The position numbers and the translations under genes are program-made. Source: Candidatus Omnitrophota bacterium (GTDB taxonomy: Bacteria; Omnitrophota; Gorgyraeia; Gygaellales; Profunditerraquicolaceae). Taken from it: a stretch of DNA of 64,000 nt. How positions within the stretch are numbered: position 1 is the first letter of the stretch; the number at the start of each line of letters is the position of its first letter. The stretch covers positions 36,592-100,591 of the forward strand of contig JBAZLM010000005.1 in the NCBI GenBank assembly GCA_041650295.1. The letters run 5' to 3'. The notes under the pieces were generated by a model. That model did no database searches, was not told where the DNA came from, and saw nothing but the letters and a program-made list of their open reading frames with translations. Positions 63,301 to 64,000 of this stretch are shown here, in pieces.

Positions 63301-64000
63301 TAATTATGTGTCGAACATTCCCTGGTTAAGCGGAGTGGATGCGGATTATATGCAAGGTCTTTTTGGCAAAGAAATAGAGTTAATCGTGGATAAAACTAAG
63401 CTGCCGATAATTAGAGTGGTTAGCGCGCAGGAAGATAATCGTTGGGTAAATTGTACGCTCAAAGCCCCTAACACCGATGACTTAATGCATCGATTTAATT
63501 GCGACATTACCTACATTGAGCAGGTAATTAAAAATGCTGAAGAGACCGCGGTGCCGGAAAGTTTCATTAATACGATTACCGATCAAGGATTCGACGATTT
63601 AATTAAAGCTATTCTGGGCCAACGCTCTCCGCATATTCGCTTGTTTGTGGTAAAAGCGCCTGCAATTGCTAATTTATTCGGTATTCCTCGTTACCAGAAT
63701 GCAGTTTTAGCACGCGACACGATTCCAGTTTATACTGTACCGGATAATGCTGGCAATCTTTGTTGTTACGTTACGCAGAATTTTTATGATTCGCTTTTGG
63801 TTGACCCGTGGTTATTTTGTTTTGCTCTAGATCATGAATTTTATGAAAAAGGTACGGTTCCTCACCGTGTGCATAAACAGGCCTGGCAAGATCGGGGAAG
63901 CTTAGAATGCTTTGCTGATCCGGCGACCGGAATTAATAAGTTCATAAAGCTTTATATTGATCGCTTATTTGCTGAAGGCGATATTGAAGGGTTAGACCGA
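33332..64000 (+). CDS. giant multidomain secreted/membrane protein, 5' complete and 3' end beyond the window (>=10,223 codons, >=30.7 kb)
   Basis: ATG at 33332 is preceded by in-frame TGA and by AAAGGAG 8 nt upstream. My hand translation of every codon to 64000 found no in-frame stop. Frame consistency (codon starts = 2 mod 3) was verified at embedded motifs: acetate kinase 51185, radical SAM 52559, PGM 55298, phosphorylase 61334. It is absent from the ORF track because no stop lies within the window. Signal peptide [29 protein letters not shown]. Confidence 0.85.
   Translation, partial: [10223 protein letters not shown]
49400..49850 (+). other. HD-domain phosphohydrolase-like region embedded in the giant ORF
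   Basis: [12 protein letters not shown] ... [13 protein letters not shown] ... HYHFSS ... [12 protein letters not shown]. The H...HD...H...D pattern defines the HD superfamily. Confidence 0.6.
51160..52310 (+). other. acetate/propionate kinase (AckA)-like domain embedded in the giant ORF
   Basis: [77 protein letters not shown], ...[12 protein letters not shown]. All acetate kinase signature segments are in order. An ~45-aa insertion precedes the C-terminal subdomain. Confidence 0.8.
52500..53650 (+). other. radical SAM domain with C-terminal SPASM-like cysteine cluster, embedded in the giant ORF
   Basis: CQYNCPTC (CX3CX2C), [11 protein letters not shown] glycine-rich SAM motif. Downstream CLACPWCSF...HCVEL...CPPVC resembles SPASM/twitch auxiliary-cluster cysteines. 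Confidence 0.7.
55280..56830 (+). other. alpha-D-phosphohexomutase (phosphoglucomutase/phosphomannomutase) domain embedded in the giant ORF
   Basis: RFGTSGWRS, active-site loop [13 protein letters not shown], metal loop AVDGDADRF, sugar-binding GGEESAH, phosphate-binding [15 protein letters not shown]. All four PGM/PMM loops are in canonical order. Confidence 0.8.
59880..61560 (+). other. GT35 alpha-glucan (glycogen/maltodextrin) phosphorylase-like domain embedded in the giant ORF
   Basis: [11 protein letters not shown] (cf. YSGGLGVLAGD), PLYLL, [20 protein letters not shown] (cf. HLNEGHAAF), [11 protein letters not shown] (cf. TTHTPVPAG), [28 protein letters not shown] (cf. EASGTSGMKAALNG...LDGWW). 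Confidence 0.7.

Noticed and set aside
33332-64000. Possibility that the >30-kb ORF is several genes fused by assembly error or an alternative genetic code
   Set aside because: There is no in-frame stop of any of the three types over 10,223 codons, so stop reassignment is not needed. Neighbouring genes are intact in code 11. The frame is constant at motif checkpoints. Misassembly cannot be excluded from sequence alone and is listed as a refutation test.
1-64000. CRISPR arrays, rRNA genes, transposases/integrases
   Set aside because: No regularly spaced short direct repeats were found, no rRNA-like conserved stretches, and no transposase/integrase-like ORF. The only notable repeat is the 39-bp tandem at the tRNA.

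Overview
This is low-GC (~35%) bacterial DNA in standard code 11. The gene content (partial Wood-Ljungdahl/CFeSP cluster, Gat operon, lepA/lepB/plsY) and the giant ORFs are compatible with an Omnitrophota-like or other uncultivated anaerobe, but that placement is a guess.

The first 33 kb is an ordinary, densely packed, mostly + strand housekeeping region:
- cmk (5' truncated), lepA, lepB, a pgsA-like CDP-alcohol phosphatidyltransferase and plsY.
- A TPR plus beta-barrel outer-membrane protein, and a 1066-aa putative glycoside phosphorylase/hydrolase on the minus strand.
- gatCAB, ctpA, a YibQ-type divergent deacetylase, tsaD, mgtC, a bactofilin-HTH fusion and a second small HTH protein.
- larB followed by a partial CODH/ACS corrinoid cluster (acsC, RACo, cooC, acsD).
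- A promoter-driven tRNA locus: a degenerate tRNA-like element, tRNA-Met(CAT), and a 39-bp tandem att-like repeat of the tRNA 3' end.
- A Wzx-like flippase (minus strand) and tilS.

The rest of the window holds the standout feature. A single uninterrupted reading frame starts at 33332 and runs off the window end at 64000, giving at least 10,223 codons. I translated it by hand and found no in-frame stop. It does not appear in the ORF track because it has no stop inside the window.

This giant protein has these parts:
- A signal peptide and a ~330-aa N-terminal domain. That domain is shared with a 2097-aa paralog at 10971..17264, which itself carries a large-NAD-GDH-like domain and a UDP-sugar-pyrophosphorylase-like domain.
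- Two blocks of transmembrane helices.
- Three families of internal repeats. One of them carries an HExxH motif next to a transmembrane hairpin.
- A long series of embedded domains that match cytosolic metabolic enzymes. In order these are GMP-kinase-like, NagB/Pgl-like, uridine-kinase-like, NadD-like, IDI-type Nudix, HD, acetate kinase, radical-SAM/SPASM, HEAT repeats, phosphoglucomutase, protein-kinase-like and GT35 alpha-glucan phosphorylase.

This family of secreted or membrane giant mosaic proteins built from metabolic-enzyme modules is the main candidate for a novel system in the window.
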